NCBI GenBank assembly: GCA_903908245.1
Contig: CAIVRE010000006.1
Span: 85,951-149,950, forward strand
DNA length: 64,000 bases
Direction: 5' to 3'
Source: Candidatus Omnitrophota bacterium
GTDB taxonomy: Bacteria; Omnitrophota; Gorgyraeia; Zapsychrales; Fredricksoniimonadaceae
The translations under genes and the position numbers were made by a program. The notes under the pieces were generated by a model, which did no database searches, was not told the origin of the DNA, and saw only the letters and a list, made by a program, of their open reading frames with translations. Of this stretch, positions 46,826-56,612 are shown piece after piece (within the stretch, counting starts at the first letter, position 1; each line of letters opens with the position of its first letter).

Positions 46826-48504
46826 GCGGACCCGTCAGCGGCCTCATCCTCTCGGATTTCACGATCGACACCCTCAAGGCGTACCTGGTCAATTCCATAC
46901 AACAGCCTCAGTGTGCGATCACGACCGGCCCTTACGGCCAGGTCATTCCGCTCCTGAACAGCAATAATGATGCCGTCTGGGCCGGCCGCCCCGACTTCAC
47001 CATCGTCTGGACACAAATATCGAACTCCGTCCCTTCATTTCAAAAGCTCCTGGCCTTCGAACCCGTCGCCGAAGAACAGCTCGTCAAGGAATGCGACCTT
47101 TTCATCGATGCCGTCCAAAGCGCTGCCCGACGGACGCGTTTTCTATTCGTCGCCTCCTGGACACTGCCTGCCTTCCTGCGCGGTTACGGCCCTATCGACC
47201 ATAAGGCCGGAGGCTGGCAAAGCACGCTTCTGACACTGAACAAAAGAATGGCCGACCAGCTTTCCGGCAGCCCGAATATTTTTATCCTTAACACCGCGGC
47301 CTGGGCACAAACCGTCGGCGAAAACGCCTTTAATCCCAAGCTGTGGTATTTAAGCAAGATCCCTTTTGATCCGGCCGTGTTCAAGCTGGCCGCACAGGAC
47401 ATTAAAGCCGCCATGCTCGCCTGTCTGGGCAAAAGCCGCAAGCTGATCATCGTGGACCTGGACGACACCCTGTGGGGCGGGACCGTGGGCGAGACCGGAT
47501 GGCCGGAACTCAACATCGGCGGGCACAATGCGGCCGGCGAGTCCTACACGGATTTTCAGCGGGCGCTCAAAGCACTCAAGAATCGCGGCATTATCCTCGG
47601 GATCGTCAGCAAGAATGACGAAACCGTGGCATTGGACGCTATCGACAAACACCCGGAAATGATCCTGCGGCGCAGTGATTTCGCCGGCCGGCGCATTAAC
47701 TGGAAAGATAAGGCAGAGAATATCATATCCCTTCTTGCCGAACTCAACCTCGGGACTGACAGCGCCGTCTTTATTGACAACAACCCGGCGGAACGCGACC
47801 GTGTCCGCCAGGCACTGCCGGATGTCCTTGTGCCTGACTGGCCACAACACAGCCTTTTATATACCAAAGCCCTTTCATCCCTCTCCTGCTTCGATACGAT
47901 CTTTATCGGCGACGAGGACCGCGCCCGCGCTCAAATGTACAGCACCGAGAATCAGCGCCGGGAGATCCGCGCGCAAGCCCAGGATATCCATGAATGGCTC
48001 AAAAGCCTTGATATCAGGGTCACTGTCGAAAAACTTAACGCCGGCAACCTTCCCCGGGCAGCTCAATTGCTCAACAAAACCAGCCAGATGAACCTTGCGA
48101 CCCGCCGCCTCAGCGAACAGGAATTTTGGGCCTGGGCCCAAAAACCGGAGCATGCCGTCTGGACATTCCGCGTTAAAGATAATCTGGGCGACTCGGGATT
48201 GACCGGGATCATCAGCCTGGAACAGGAAGGCCACAAAACCAGGGTCATCGACCTGGTCTTAAGCTGCCGGGTATTCGGGCGACAGCTGGAAAATGTCATG
48301 GCCGCGGTCCTTATTGACCACGCGGCAAAACAGGGCGCCGCCGCCATTACCGCGCACTATATTCCGACGGAAAAGAACGCGCCATGCCTGGAGTTCCTGC
48401 GCGACCGCTCGGGATTTACCCCCCTGCCGGACAACACTTTTCAATGGGACACCCGAAAACCTTACCCCCATCCTTCCATGATCACGGTGCAGCATGAAGG
48501 ATAA
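46822..48504 (+). CDS. FkbH-like HAD-IIIC domain protein.
   Basis: LIIVDLDDTLWGG is a HAD motif I of the FkbH type. It is 560 aa with extra N- and C-terminal domains. There is an ATGA overlap with the carrier protein gene. Confidence 0.6.
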   Translation: MSGPVSGLILSDFTIDTLKAYLVNSIQQPQCAITTGPYGQVIPLLNSNNDAVWAGRPDFTIVWTQISNSVPSFQKLLAFEPVAEEQLVKECDLFIDAVQSAARRTRFLFVASWTLPAFLRGYGPIDHKAGGWQSTLLTLNKRMADQLSGSPNIFILNTAAWAQTVGENAFNPKLWYLSKIPFDPAVFKLAAQDIKAAMLACLGKSRKLIIVDLDDTLWGGTVGETGWPELNIGGHNAAGESYTDFQRALKALKNRGIILGIVSKNDETVALDAIDKHPEMILRRSDFAGRRINWKDKAENIISLLAELNLGTDSAVFIDNNPAERDRVRQALPDVLVPDWPQHSLLYTKALSSLSCFDTIFIGDEDRARAQMYSTENQRREIRAQAQDIHEWLKSLDIRVTVEKLNAGNLPRAAQLLNKTSQMNLATRRLSEQEFWAWAQKPEHAVWTFRVKDNLGDSGLTGIISLEQEGHKTRVIDLVLSCRVFGRQLENVMAAVLIDHAAKQGAAAITAHYIPTEKNAPCLEFLRDRSGFTPLPDNTFQWDTRKPYPHPSMITVQHEG

Positions 48505-50158
48505 TCCCGGGCCTTTTGCCTTTCTGCCCGAAGGCTGGGCCTGGCACGCCGAACTCGATGTCACCGACGAAATTATCCGTGCCTTCAGCCGCCTTACCTC
48601 CGATGCCAATGCCCTGCATATGGACAGCACCGCGGCCAGCGCCTTTCCTTACCGTCAACGTGTCGCCCACGGGATGCTCCCGGTCAGCCTGCTTTTATTA
48701 TCCGGACCGCTGACGTTAAAAGGCGCTGTCATCCAAAAAATTGCGGGGCGCTTCAACCATCCGGTCTTTATGGGTGACAGGGTCGCCGTTGACCTCGCCC
48801 TGATGACCACCGACACCATCGGCGATACACAAACCTTCAGTTACACGATACACACCTCCTCGATCCGGGAGAACGCGACTTACGGCGAGATCACGATCAG
48901 GCCAGGCCACCATGCCACCGGCACCGAACAAACAGCGCCCTCCCTCATTACTGTCCCGCTGGAGGAGCACACCCTGGAATTTGCATCGATCACCAAAGGG
49001 ATGTCGCAGCAGATCCCGTTCGTCATTGCGCCGCAACTGTTGGCCGAATGGACCGGCCTCCTTAAAGAACATGCCTGTCCCGGCACGCTGCCCTGCGAAG
49101 GCAATGCGCCGTCACCCGAACTTGCCGCCGCCCTGCTCTCATCAACCCTGGTGGGAATGCGCCTGCCTGGAAAACTGGCCACATTCCTGGATTTCAGCTT
49201 CACCTTTCAGGCCCCTCTGGCCGTACTTTCCGCCTACACCCTCGAAGGCTCGGTGGACTTCATTTCCGCCTCAAACCAGATTATCGTTGAAAACATCAGT
49301 ATCTATGATAAGAATACTACTCATAAACTTATGCAAGGAAAGATCACGGTCAAAATGAACGAACAGTCCATCCCGGCCCCCACCATGAAAGACCTGACAA
49401 CAGACCTTGGCCTCAACGGAAAGACCGTGCTCATCACCGGCGCAAGCCGCGGGATCGGCGCCACCACGGCCAGGCTTTTTGCCTGCCATGGCGCGAAGGT
49501 CATCGTCAACTACCATCAAAGCCAGGCCGAAGCGGATGCTGTCGTCAAAGATATCGTCGCAAACGGCGGGAAAGCACTCGCGGTCAAAGCGGATGTGACC
49601 CAGCGCGAACAAGTCAAGGCGCTTTTTGAACAGGCCCGCAAAACCTTCGGGAATGTGGACATCCTGGTGAACAATGCCGTCGGAGATTTTCTCGCCATTC
49701 CTTTCCAGGCCCTCACATGGGAGAGGCTACAACAGGATATTGATATCATCGTCAAGGGCGCGTTCAACTGCTGTCAGGAGGCGATCCCCTCCATGATACA
49801 ACAGAAGCAGGGCCGCATCATCAATGTGGTGACCATCGCGACCGAAACGCCTCCGCCGAATCAAAGCAAATATGTGATCGCCAAAAGCGCGCTGGTAGGA
49901 CTCACGCGCAGCCTGGCGTCCGAACTCGCCGGCCACAATATCCTGGTGAATATGGTCCTGCCGGGGATGGTGGAAACCGACCTTACCAAGACGATCCCGC
50001 CGGCGGTCCGCGACAAGATCAAGAACTATATCCCGCTGGCCAGGCATGCATCGACCGTTGACGTCGCCAAAGCCATCGTGACACTGGCCAGTTCATTAAC
50101 GCCCTACACAACAGGGCAAAAAATACTCGTGACCGGCGGACTTCCGCCTTTTATTTAA
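48494..50158 (+). CDS. MaoC-like (hotdog) dehydratase fused to a short-chain dehydrogenase/reductase (FabG-like).
   Basis: The N-terminus has hotdog-fold motifs. The C-terminus has VLITGASRGIGATTARLFACHGAKVIV...NAVG...YVIAKSAL, i.e. Rossmann TGxxxGxG and the YxxxK catalytic pair. Confidence 0.7.
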   Translation: MKDNPGPFAFLPEGWAWHAELDVTDEIIRAFSRLTSDANALHMDSTAASAFPYRQRVAHGMLPVSLLLLSGPLTLKGAVIQKIAGRFNHPVFMGDRVAVDLALMTTDTIGDTQTFSYTIHTSSIRENATYGEITIRPGHHATGTEQTAPSLITVPLEEHTLEFASITKGMSQQIPFVIAPQLLAEWTGLLKEHACPGTLPCEGNAPSPELAAALLSSTLVGMRLPGKLATFLDFSFTFQAPLAVLSAYTLEGSVDFISASNQIIVENISIYDKNTTHKLMQGKITVKMNEQSIPAPTMKDLTTDLGLNGKTVLITGASRGIGATTARLFACHGAKVIVNYHQSQAEADAVVKDIVANGGKALAVKADVTQREQVKALFEQARKTFGNVDILVNNAVGDFLAIPFQALTWERLQQDIDIIVKGAFNCCQEAIPSMIQQKQGRIINVVTIATETPPPNQSKYVIAKSALVGLTRSLASELAGHNILVNMVLPGMVETDLTKTIPPAVRDKIKNYIPLARHASTVDVAKAIVTLASSLTPYTTGQKILVTGGLPPFI

Positions 50159-50160
50159 TT

Positions 50161-51597
50161 ATGCTTTTTAATTCTTTCGAATTCGCCGTCTTCTTCCTGA
50201 TCGTTCTCGGCCTTTACCGCGTCCTGCCTCACCGCGGGCAGAACATCATGCTGCTCGTGGCCAGCTATGTGTTCTACGCGTCCTGGGACTGGCGTTTTGC
50301 TCCGCTGATCTTCTTATGCACGGCCGCCTCATACATTTGCGCCGGTCAAATATTCAAAAGCAGCAACAACACCCATCGCCTCTGGTGGCTGATCGCGAGC
50401 CTGACGGTCAATCTCGGGGTCCTCGGATTCTTTAAATACTGTAATTTCTTTCTGGAGAACCTAAGCGGGCTTCTGGGATTATTCGGGGTAAAAACAGCCA
50501 TCCCCGCGTTATCGATTATTTTACCGATGGGCATATCCTTCTTTACATTCCAGGCGTTAAGCTACACCATCGACATTTACCGCCGGACACTCAAGCCAAT
50601 GGGGACATTCTGGGATTTCGCCCTGTTCAAGGCCTTCTTCCCGCTGTTAATGGCAGGGCCCATTGAGCGTGCGTCGCACCTCCTGCCCCAGGTGGTAAGT
50701 CCACGGCGCCAGGACCTCAGCGGATTCAAACAAGGCGGATACCTCATCTTCCTGGGATTATTCCAGAAGATCTTCGTAGCCGACAATCTTGCCAGGATCG
50801 TCAACCCCGTATTCGCTGACCCGGCTTCTTTTCAGGCGGTGGACATCTTAGTCGCCATCTATGCATTCACGTTCCAGATCTTCTGTGATTTCGCCGGCTA
50901 CAGCAACATCGCCCGCGGGCTGGGTGCTGTCCTCGGGTTCAGGATCATGGTCAACTTTAACGTGCCATTCTTCGTCACCAATGTCCAGGAATTCTGGAAC
51001 CGCTGGCATATCAGCCTCAGCTCCTGGATACGCGATTATCTGTATATCCCTTTAATGGGGACCCTGCGCAAGATCCCCGGCAATGCCCGTGTTTATATTG
51101 CCTTAATGATCTCCATGTCCCTCATCGGCCTTTGGCACGGAGCCTCCTGGCATTTTGTGGTATTCGGAATGTATTACGGCGCGCTGTTGATCCTTTATAT
51201 CATCATCCGCGGACGCTTCAGCCGCCTGATCGACCCGAAGTCGGCGGCCGGCCAGGCCATATGGTTCTGGGCACGGGTCCTGTTCATGTTCAACATCACG
51301 GCCTTCGGGATGATGCTCTTCCGCGCCAGATCAATGGCGCACGCGGGGACCATCCTCTCTTCCTTGTTCGCTTTCACCGACCCGTCGCTGGTCCGCTGGG
51401 ACTTCCTGTCAAGCGCACTGGGCTTCGCGGCGCCGGTCATTCTTCTTCAATACGGAGAATTCCGGTTCAAGAACATTTTCTTCATCATTGAAAAAACGCA
51501 CTGGGCCGTTCGCCTGGCCATCCTGGCATTAATGGCCTACATGATGTTCGGCTGGGGCGTCATGACCGCGGAAGAATTTATTTATTTTCAATTCTAA
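50161..51597 (+). CDS. MBOAT-family membrane-bound O-acyltransferase (DltB/AlgI-like).
   Basis: It is polytopic. The conserved His region WHISLSSWIRDYLY is present. The N-terminus resembles AlgI/DltB. Confidence 0.85.
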   Translation: MLFNSFEFAVFFLIVLGLYRVLPHRGQNIMLLVASYVFYASWDWRFAPLIFLCTAASYICAGQIFKSSNNTHRLWWLIASLTVNLGVLGFFKYCNFFLENLSGLLGLFGVKTAIPALSIILPMGISFFTFQALSYTIDIYRRTLKPMGTFWDFALFKAFFPLLMAGPIERASHLLPQVVSPRRQDLSGFKQGGYLIFLGLFQKIFVADNLARIVNPVFADPASFQAVDILVAIYAFTFQIFCDFAGYSNIARGLGAVLGFRIMVNFNVPFFVTNVQEFWNRWHISLSSWIRDYLYIPLMGTLRKIPGNARVYIALMISMSLIGLWHGASWHFVVFGMYYGALLILYIIIRGRFSRLIDPKSAAGQAIWFWARVLFMFNITAFGMMLFRARSMAHAGTILSSLFAFTDPSLVRWDFLSSALGFAAPVILLQYGEFRFKNIFFIIEKTHWAVRLAILALMAYMMFGWGVMTAEEFIYFQF

Positions 51598-51615
51598 CGA
51601 GCAAAGGCCGGAACA

Positions 51616-52926
51616 ATGAAAAGTGCACTGACCATCCTCAAATACACGCTCTGTTTCCTTCTTTTCCTGGAAATGTTCCTCTGGATCGGCAGCTTCATCA
51701 CCCAGGGCACCCAGAAAATGGCCAACTCACGGCAAGCGGCCTCGAACAGCACCTACAAGATCATTTGCGTCGGCGAATCCAACACCCTCGTTGGCGGCCC
51801 GGACTCCTATCCCAGCCAGTTACAGGCCATCCTCAATGAACGCCTCCCGGGGCGGAATATCCAGGTCATCAACCAGGGAATGGCAGGCTACAGCACGGCC
51901 AGGATCGCCCAGGAACTGCCACAGTGGATCAATACCATGAAACCCGACATGGTCATCGCGATGATAGGGATATTTGACGGAGAGCAAGCCCGGAGAGACA
52001 CCGTCAAAAGCTCATCCCCCTTTGGGTTGCTCCAGAACGCCAAGCTTTACCAGCTCATGATCCAACTGCAAAAAAAGATATCCGCCTCCCTGCAGGCGTA
52101 TGTTCAACGGCAGCAGCAGCAATTCCACGCCAAAGCCAAAGAACAAAACGCCAGCATGACAGAACATGAGATGTTCCAGGACGCAATGAAAAATGCCTCC
52201 GACGACCTGAGAAAAATATATATGTTGATCGCCCTCACGGAAGGCAACGAAAAATATGAAATGGCCGACCAGCTCTATGCAAAATTCTTCGAGATCAACA
52301 AGGATCCCGTCATCCGGGGCTGGGTCATCAAACAATACGGGCGCTTCCTGATGAAGGCCAAGCTCTATGAGAAATTCGTTGATGTCATGGAAAACATCCC
52401 GGCCAACGCCTGGTCCATGGAATGGGTCCGGGGCTATTGCACCAGCGAAGAACATGTCAACAAAGTCAGGATGGTGATCGAACGGAAAGTCAAAAAAACG
52501 AACGATACGGAAAGCTACGGCTATGTTGCCGCCTGCCTGGAAATGAACGGACAAAAAGACCTGGCCAATGCGTTCATTAAGGAGAAAATGGGGACCTTCA
52601 ACGACACCTACGCGGCCCCCGGAACACGTAAAAGCTACCTGGAGGTCAAGGACCTGCTGATCTCAAAACAAATACAGCCCGTGTTCGTCCAATACCCGCT
52701 GCGCGATATCCAGCCGCTGATGTCCATATTCGGATCCCAGCCCGACAAAGACCGGATCATTTTTGTGGATAACGGCCCGGTATTCAAGAAAGCCGTGGCC
52801 GCCAGTTCCTATTCCACCTATTTCAAAGACCGGGCCTCGGGAGATACCGGCCACGCGATGCCGGCGGGAAACCATCTGCTGGCCCAGAATATCGCCGACA
52901 CGATCGTTCCATATTTGAGCAAATAA
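51616..52926 (+). CDS. Membrane-anchored SGNH/GDSL-like hydrolase/acyltransferase domain protein. It is the probable extracytoplasmic partner of the MBOAT (DltD/AlgJ/PatB-like role).
   Basis: An N-terminal TM segment is present. YKIICVGESNTL is SGNH block I, with Ser in a GxSN context. Confidence 0.45.
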   Translation: MKSALTILKYTLCFLLFLEMFLWIGSFITQGTQKMANSRQAASNSTYKIICVGESNTLVGGPDSYPSQLQAILNERLPGRNIQVINQGMAGYSTARIAQELPQWINTMKPDMVIAMIGIFDGEQARRDTVKSSSPFGLLQNAKLYQLMIQLQKKISASLQAYVQRQQQQFHAKAKEQNASMTEHEMFQDAMKNASDDLRKIYMLIALTEGNEKYEMADQLYAKFFEINKDPVIRGWVIKQYGRFLMKAKLYEKFVDVMENIPANAWSMEWVRGYCTSEEHVNKVRMVIERKVKKTNDTESYGYVAACLEMNGQKDLANAFIKEKMGTFNDTYAAPGTRKSYLEVKDLLISKQIQPVFVQYPLRDIQPLMSIFGSQPDKDRIIFVDNGPVFKKAVAASSYSTYFKDRASGDTGHAMPAGNHLLAQNIADTIVPYLSK

Positions 52927-52930
52927 AAAA

Positions 52931-53004
52931 CGTCATCCCGCGGCCGGATGGCCGAGGGATCTCAAGGGTTGATCTTGAGACCCCTCACTTCGTTCGGGAT
53001 GACG
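52931..53004. repeat. Compound inverted-repeat element between convergent genes. Its 3' arm (52982-53004) is repeated at 61813-61835.
   Basis: The outer arms are cgtcatcccg...cgggatgacg. The inner arms are gagggatctcaag / cttgagacccctc. The small hairpin cggcc ggat ggccg is also present. Confidence 0.6.
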
Positions 53005-53180
53005 CATGAGCCGTTTAACGTCCTGCTCAGGACATCCTACTGCAACCGGACTTACAATGCGCTACCCGGCGCAATAACCAGCGAGTGTAGATCCTTTCCA
53101 TGATCAACCCCCTTTTTGATGTTGAGAACAAATACTCTTCAACACATTAGTCCGCAGCCGATCAAAAACCTTTCAAAGAA

Positions 53181-54140
53181 TTAACCGCCTATCCCTTCGA
53201 ACAAAACGGTCGAAAGATACCGCTCACCGGAATCAGGCAGTATCGCAACGATCGTTTTTCCTGCGAACTCATCCCTCGCCGCAAGGCGAAGTGCCGCCGC
53301 CACTGCCGCGCCGCAGGAAATACCGGCCAGGATCCCTTCTTCCCGCGCCAGCCTGCGGGCAAAGTCAACCGCTTCCGCGCTATCAACCAACTCCACACGG
53401 TCCACCAGCGAAAGGTCCAGCGTATCCGGAATAAACCCGGCACCGATCCCCTGGATCTTGTGCGGACCGGGCTTAAGCTCCTGTCCGGCGAGCTTTTGCG
53501 TAATAACAGGGCTTTCCTTCGGCTCAACCGCTACCGAAATGATCTTCCTGCCCCTGGTCATCTTGATATAACGCGAAATACCGCTGATCGTCCCGCCGGT
53601 GCCAACGCCTGCCACCAGGACATCAATGGCCCCGTTGGTATCGTCCCATATTTCCGGGCCCGTTGTTTTCTCATGGATCGCCGGATTGGCCGGATTCTTG
53701 AACTGCTGGGGCATAAAATATTTGACCGGATCCGAAGCCGCGAGCTCCTCCGCCCGGCGGATCGCGCCCTTCATCCCTTCGGCGCCTGGAGTCAACACCA
53801 CATTCGCACCGAACGAAGCCAGGACCCGTCGGCGCTCAATGCTCATGGTCTCAGGCATGGTCAGCGTTAACTTGTACCCGCGGGCCGCGGCCACATAAGC
53901 CAGCGCGATCCCGGTATTCCCCGACGTCGGCTCAACGATCTCAATCCCGGGCTTCAATACACCGCGTTTTTCCGCATCCCAGATCATGGCCGCCCCGATA
54001 CGGCACTTCACCGAATACGCCGGATTACGGCCCTCGATCTTGACCAGGACCTTGGCCTTAAGCCCTTTGGTCAGATGATTCAACTGGACCAGCGGCGTAC
54101 GTCCGATGGATTCTGCGTTGTCTTTATAAACTTTTGACAT
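53181..54140 (-). CDS. cysK: Cysteine synthase A (O-acetylserine sulfhydrylase).
   Basis: The PLP-lysine context is [25 protein letters not shown] and GTGGTISG are present. Confidence 0.9.
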   Translation of the reverse strand: MSKVYKDNAESIGRTPLVQLNHLTKGLKAKVLVKIEGRNPAYSVKCRIGAAMIWDAEKRGVLKPGIEIVEPTSGNTGIALAYVAAARGYKLTLTMPETMSIERRRVLASFGANVVLTPGAEGMKGAIRRAEELAASDPVKYFMPQQFKNPANPAIHEKTTGPEIWDDTNGAIDVLVAGVGTGGTISGISRYIKMTRGRKIISVAVEPKESPVITQKLAGQELKPGPHKIQGIGAGFIPDTLDLSLVDRVELVDSAEAVDFARRLAREEGILAGISCGAAVAAALRLAARDEFAGKTIVAILPDSGERYLSTVLFEGIGG

Positions 54141-54152
54141 AAATACCGCCTT

Positions 54153-55313
54153 TTAAACTTTTTCCACAAGGATCGCCTGCTTCAGATCGTTCAAAATATC
54201 CAAAGGATCTTCCAGCCCGACGGACAATCTTAATAAACCGTCCGTTATTCCCCGTAAACTGCGCTCTTCCCGGGGCATTGACGCATGCGACATTTTAGCT
54301 GGATACGAGAGGATGCTTTCCACCCCGCCCAGACTCACCGCCGGCAAACATAATTTAACCCGACGCAACACCTGATGGGCCACCGCCCCATCTTTCAGTT
54401 CGAATGACAGGACCGCGCCAGCCCCGGAACTCTGCCGCTCATTAATGGCACGCCCGGGATGCGCCGCAAGCCCCGGATAAAAAACCTTATTGATCTCCGG
54501 CCACCTGGCCATCTCTTCCGCCACGATCTGCGCGGAGCGCTGCTGCGCATCCATTCGTACAGCAAGCGTCCGTATCCCGCGCAGGATCAGCCAGGAATCC
54601 TGGGGGCCAAGGACAGAGCCTGTAATATTCTGTATCGATTTGACCCGATGCGCAAGATCATCCGTCCGCACGACCGCGAGGCCCGCCACACAATCACTAT
54701 GCCCTCCCAGAAACTTTGTGGCGCTATGAAGAACAATGTCAAACCCACGCTCGATCGGCCGCTGAAGCCAGGGAGTCGCGAAAGTATTGTCAATGATCGT
54801 CAAAAGCGAATGCTTGCGGGCAATGGCCGCGATCGCATCCAGATCCGTGATCTTCAAAAGCGGATTCGACGGCGTCTCCACAAAAATCCCTCGCGTCTCC
54901 GGCCGGACGGCCGCTTCTACCAGCCCGGGCCGGGTCATATCCACGAATGTTGCGTCCAGCCCCCATTGCCTGAACAGGGTCGTTAAAATACGATACGTCC
55001 CCCCGTAAATATCCTCGGCGGCGATCACATGATCGCCCGGCTTAAACAATAAAAGTGCCGACGTAATTGCGGCCATCCCCGAAGCGAACGCGAAACCGTG
55101 CACCCCGCCCTCAAGCTCGGCGATCGCCGACTCCAGGGCTTCGCGCGTTGGGTTCCCGCTGCGCCCATAATCATAAGCGCCCGGATGATCAGGATCAGGC
55201 TGGGCAAAAGTTGAGCCCTGATAGATCGGCACACTCGATGCCCCTGTATACGGATCACGGTCCTGTCCGCAATGAACAGCCCTGGTCCTCGGATCAATAT
55301 TGTTATGTGCCAT
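54153..55313 (-). CDS. Cystathionine gamma-synthase/beta-lyase family PLP enzyme (trans-sulfuration).
   Basis: The Cys/Met-metabolism PLP fold is indicated by SATKFLGGHSD around the PLP-Lys. It is 386 aa. Confidence 0.85.
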   Translation of the reverse strand: MAHNNIDPRTRAVHCGQDRDPYTGASSVPIYQGSTFAQPDPDHPGAYDYGRSGNPTREALESAIAELEGGVHGFAFASGMAAITSALLLFKPGDHVIAAEDIYGGTYRILTTLFRQWGLDATFVDMTRPGLVEAAVRPETRGIFVETPSNPLLKITDLDAIAAIARKHSLLTIIDNTFATPWLQRPIERGFDIVLHSATKFLGGHSDCVAGLAVVRTDDLAHRVKSIQNITGSVLGPQDSWLILRGIRTLAVRMDAQQRSAQIVAEEMARWPEINKVFYPGLAAHPGRAINERQSSGAGAVLSFELKDGAVAHQVLRRVKLCLPAVSLGGVESILSYPAKMSHASMPREERSLRGITDGLLRLSVGLEDPLDILNDLKQAILVEKV

Positions 55314-55326
55314 TTTTCTCCCTGAT

Positions 55327-55722
55327 CTAAATACTGTAACTTAACCCGTCTTCTTTGGCCTTCTCTTGCTCGGCAATATCTTTCAAGGTAAACGAATCAA
55401 GGACCTGCGCGATCCCGTTCGTTGCCTCACCCCAAAAACCTCCGGTCTCACCCGCCAAAGATAATTCACCCTCCACCGCTTCTATAATATCCTTAAGCGT
55501 TATCACTGAAGAAAAGCCAACCAGAACAAACCCGCCCTTTGAACCACGGGTCGCGTTAATAAGGCCGGCGCTCTTTAGCAAAGGCACAAGATGCCCCAAA
55601 TACTTCTCCGAAATGTTCTGTCTTCTCGCGATATCTCTAAGCAAGACAGGTCCTTTGGCTCCATGCATAGCCAGATCGATCATTAAACGAACGCTGTATC
55701 TTACCTTTGTCGAAAGTTTCAT
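55327..55722 (-). CDS. Rrf2-family transcriptional regulator (CymR/IscR-like).
   Basis: MKLSTKVRYSVRLMIDLAMHG is an Rrf2 HTH. It is adjacent to cysK and the cystathionine lyase. Confidence 0.8.
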   Translation of the reverse strand: MKLSTKVRYSVRLMIDLAMHGAKGPVLLRDIARRQNISEKYLGHLVPLLKSAGLINATRGSKGGFVLVGFSSVITLKDIIEAVEGELSLAGETGGFWGEATNGIAQVLDSFTLKDIAEQEKAKEDGLSYSI

Positions 55723-55740
55723 TTTTAGTTAACTACATTA

Positions 55741-55757
55741 ACTACTAACTTAGTAGT
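55741..55757. promoter_or_regulatory. 8-1-8 palindrome ACTACTAAcTTAGTAGT just upstream of the Rrf2 start. It is a candidate autoregulatory operator.
   Basis: It is a perfect inverted repeat ~20 nt upstream of the start codon, in an AT-rich divergent region. An adjacent direct repeat of ttaactac is present. Confidence 0.35.
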
Positions 55758-55809
55758 AAATATAGCACTGAAAAAAAAACTGTCAATATTTTATTTTGCA
55801 CCACACGCC

Positions 55810-55837
55810 TTGACAAGACATCCACAATGCTTATAAT
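55810..55837 (+). promoter_or_regulatory. Near-consensus sigma70 promoter (TTGACA, 16 nt, TATAAT) upstream of the GT2 gene.
   Basis: ttgaca agacatccacaatgct tataat lies ~60 nt before the ATG at 55899. Confidence 0.5.
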
Positions 55838-55898
55838 TTCAGGATAACTATAACGATCAAACACTTGCGGCCCAAAGCCGATCCAAAAGGAACAACAC

Positions 55899-56603
55899 AT
55901 GAAGGTCACCCTCGTTATCCCGGTATTGAATGAGATCACAGGCATGAAAGCGATCATGCCCCAGATCAAGAAAGAATGGGTCGACCAGATCCTCTTCATC
56001 GATGGGCAGTCAACCGACGGCACCATTGAATACCTCAAGGAGAACGGCTACGAATATGTGGTGCAGAAAAAAAGGGGTATGCGCAACGCCTATATGGAAG
56101 CCCTGCCCTACATCAAGGGCGATGTGATCCTGACATTCAGTCCCGACGGGAACTCGGTTTCCGAATTGATCCCGGCCTGCATCGCGAAAATGAAAGAAGG
56201 CTACGACATGGTCATCGTCTCGCGCTACGCGCCCGGGGCAAAAAGCCTGGACGACGACATCATTACCGGGTTCGGTAACTGGCTGTTCCGCACGCTCATC
56301 AGCGTATGTTTCGGCCACCGTTACCACGACCCGATGGTCATTTACCGTGCGTACCGCAAGGACCTCATCCAGGAGCTGGATCTCGATAAAGACAGCAGCT
56401 TTGAAAAGGAAGAAAAACTTTTCAGCACGAATGTGAGCTGGGAACCCCTGCTCTCGATCCGCGCGGCCAAACGCAAACTCAGGATCGGAGAGATCCCGGG
56501 TGACGAGCCGGCACGCATCGGCGGAGAACGCAAACTTCAGATCTGGCGCTGGGGCGCCGTCTTCATGTACCAGGTCATCCGCGAAATGTTCGTGTGGAAG
56601 TAA
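55899..56603 (+). CDS. Family 2 glycosyltransferase (polyprenyl-phosphate sugar transferase-like).
   Basis: VTLVIPVLNE...FIDGQSTDGT carries GT2 N-terminal DxD-type motifs. It is 234 aa. Confidence 0.8.
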   Translation: MKVTLVIPVLNEITGMKAIMPQIKKEWVDQILFIDGQSTDGTIEYLKENGYEYVVQKKRGMRNAYMEALPYIKGDVILTFSPDGNSVSELIPACIAKMKEGYDMVIVSRYAPGAKSLDDDIITGFGNWLFRTLISVCFGHRYHDPMVIYRAYRKDLIQELDLDKDSSFEKEEKLFSTNVSWEPLLSIRAAKRKLRIGEIPGDEPARIGGERKLQIWRWGAVFMYQVIREMFVWK

Positions 56604-56612
56604 AGAAGCGCG

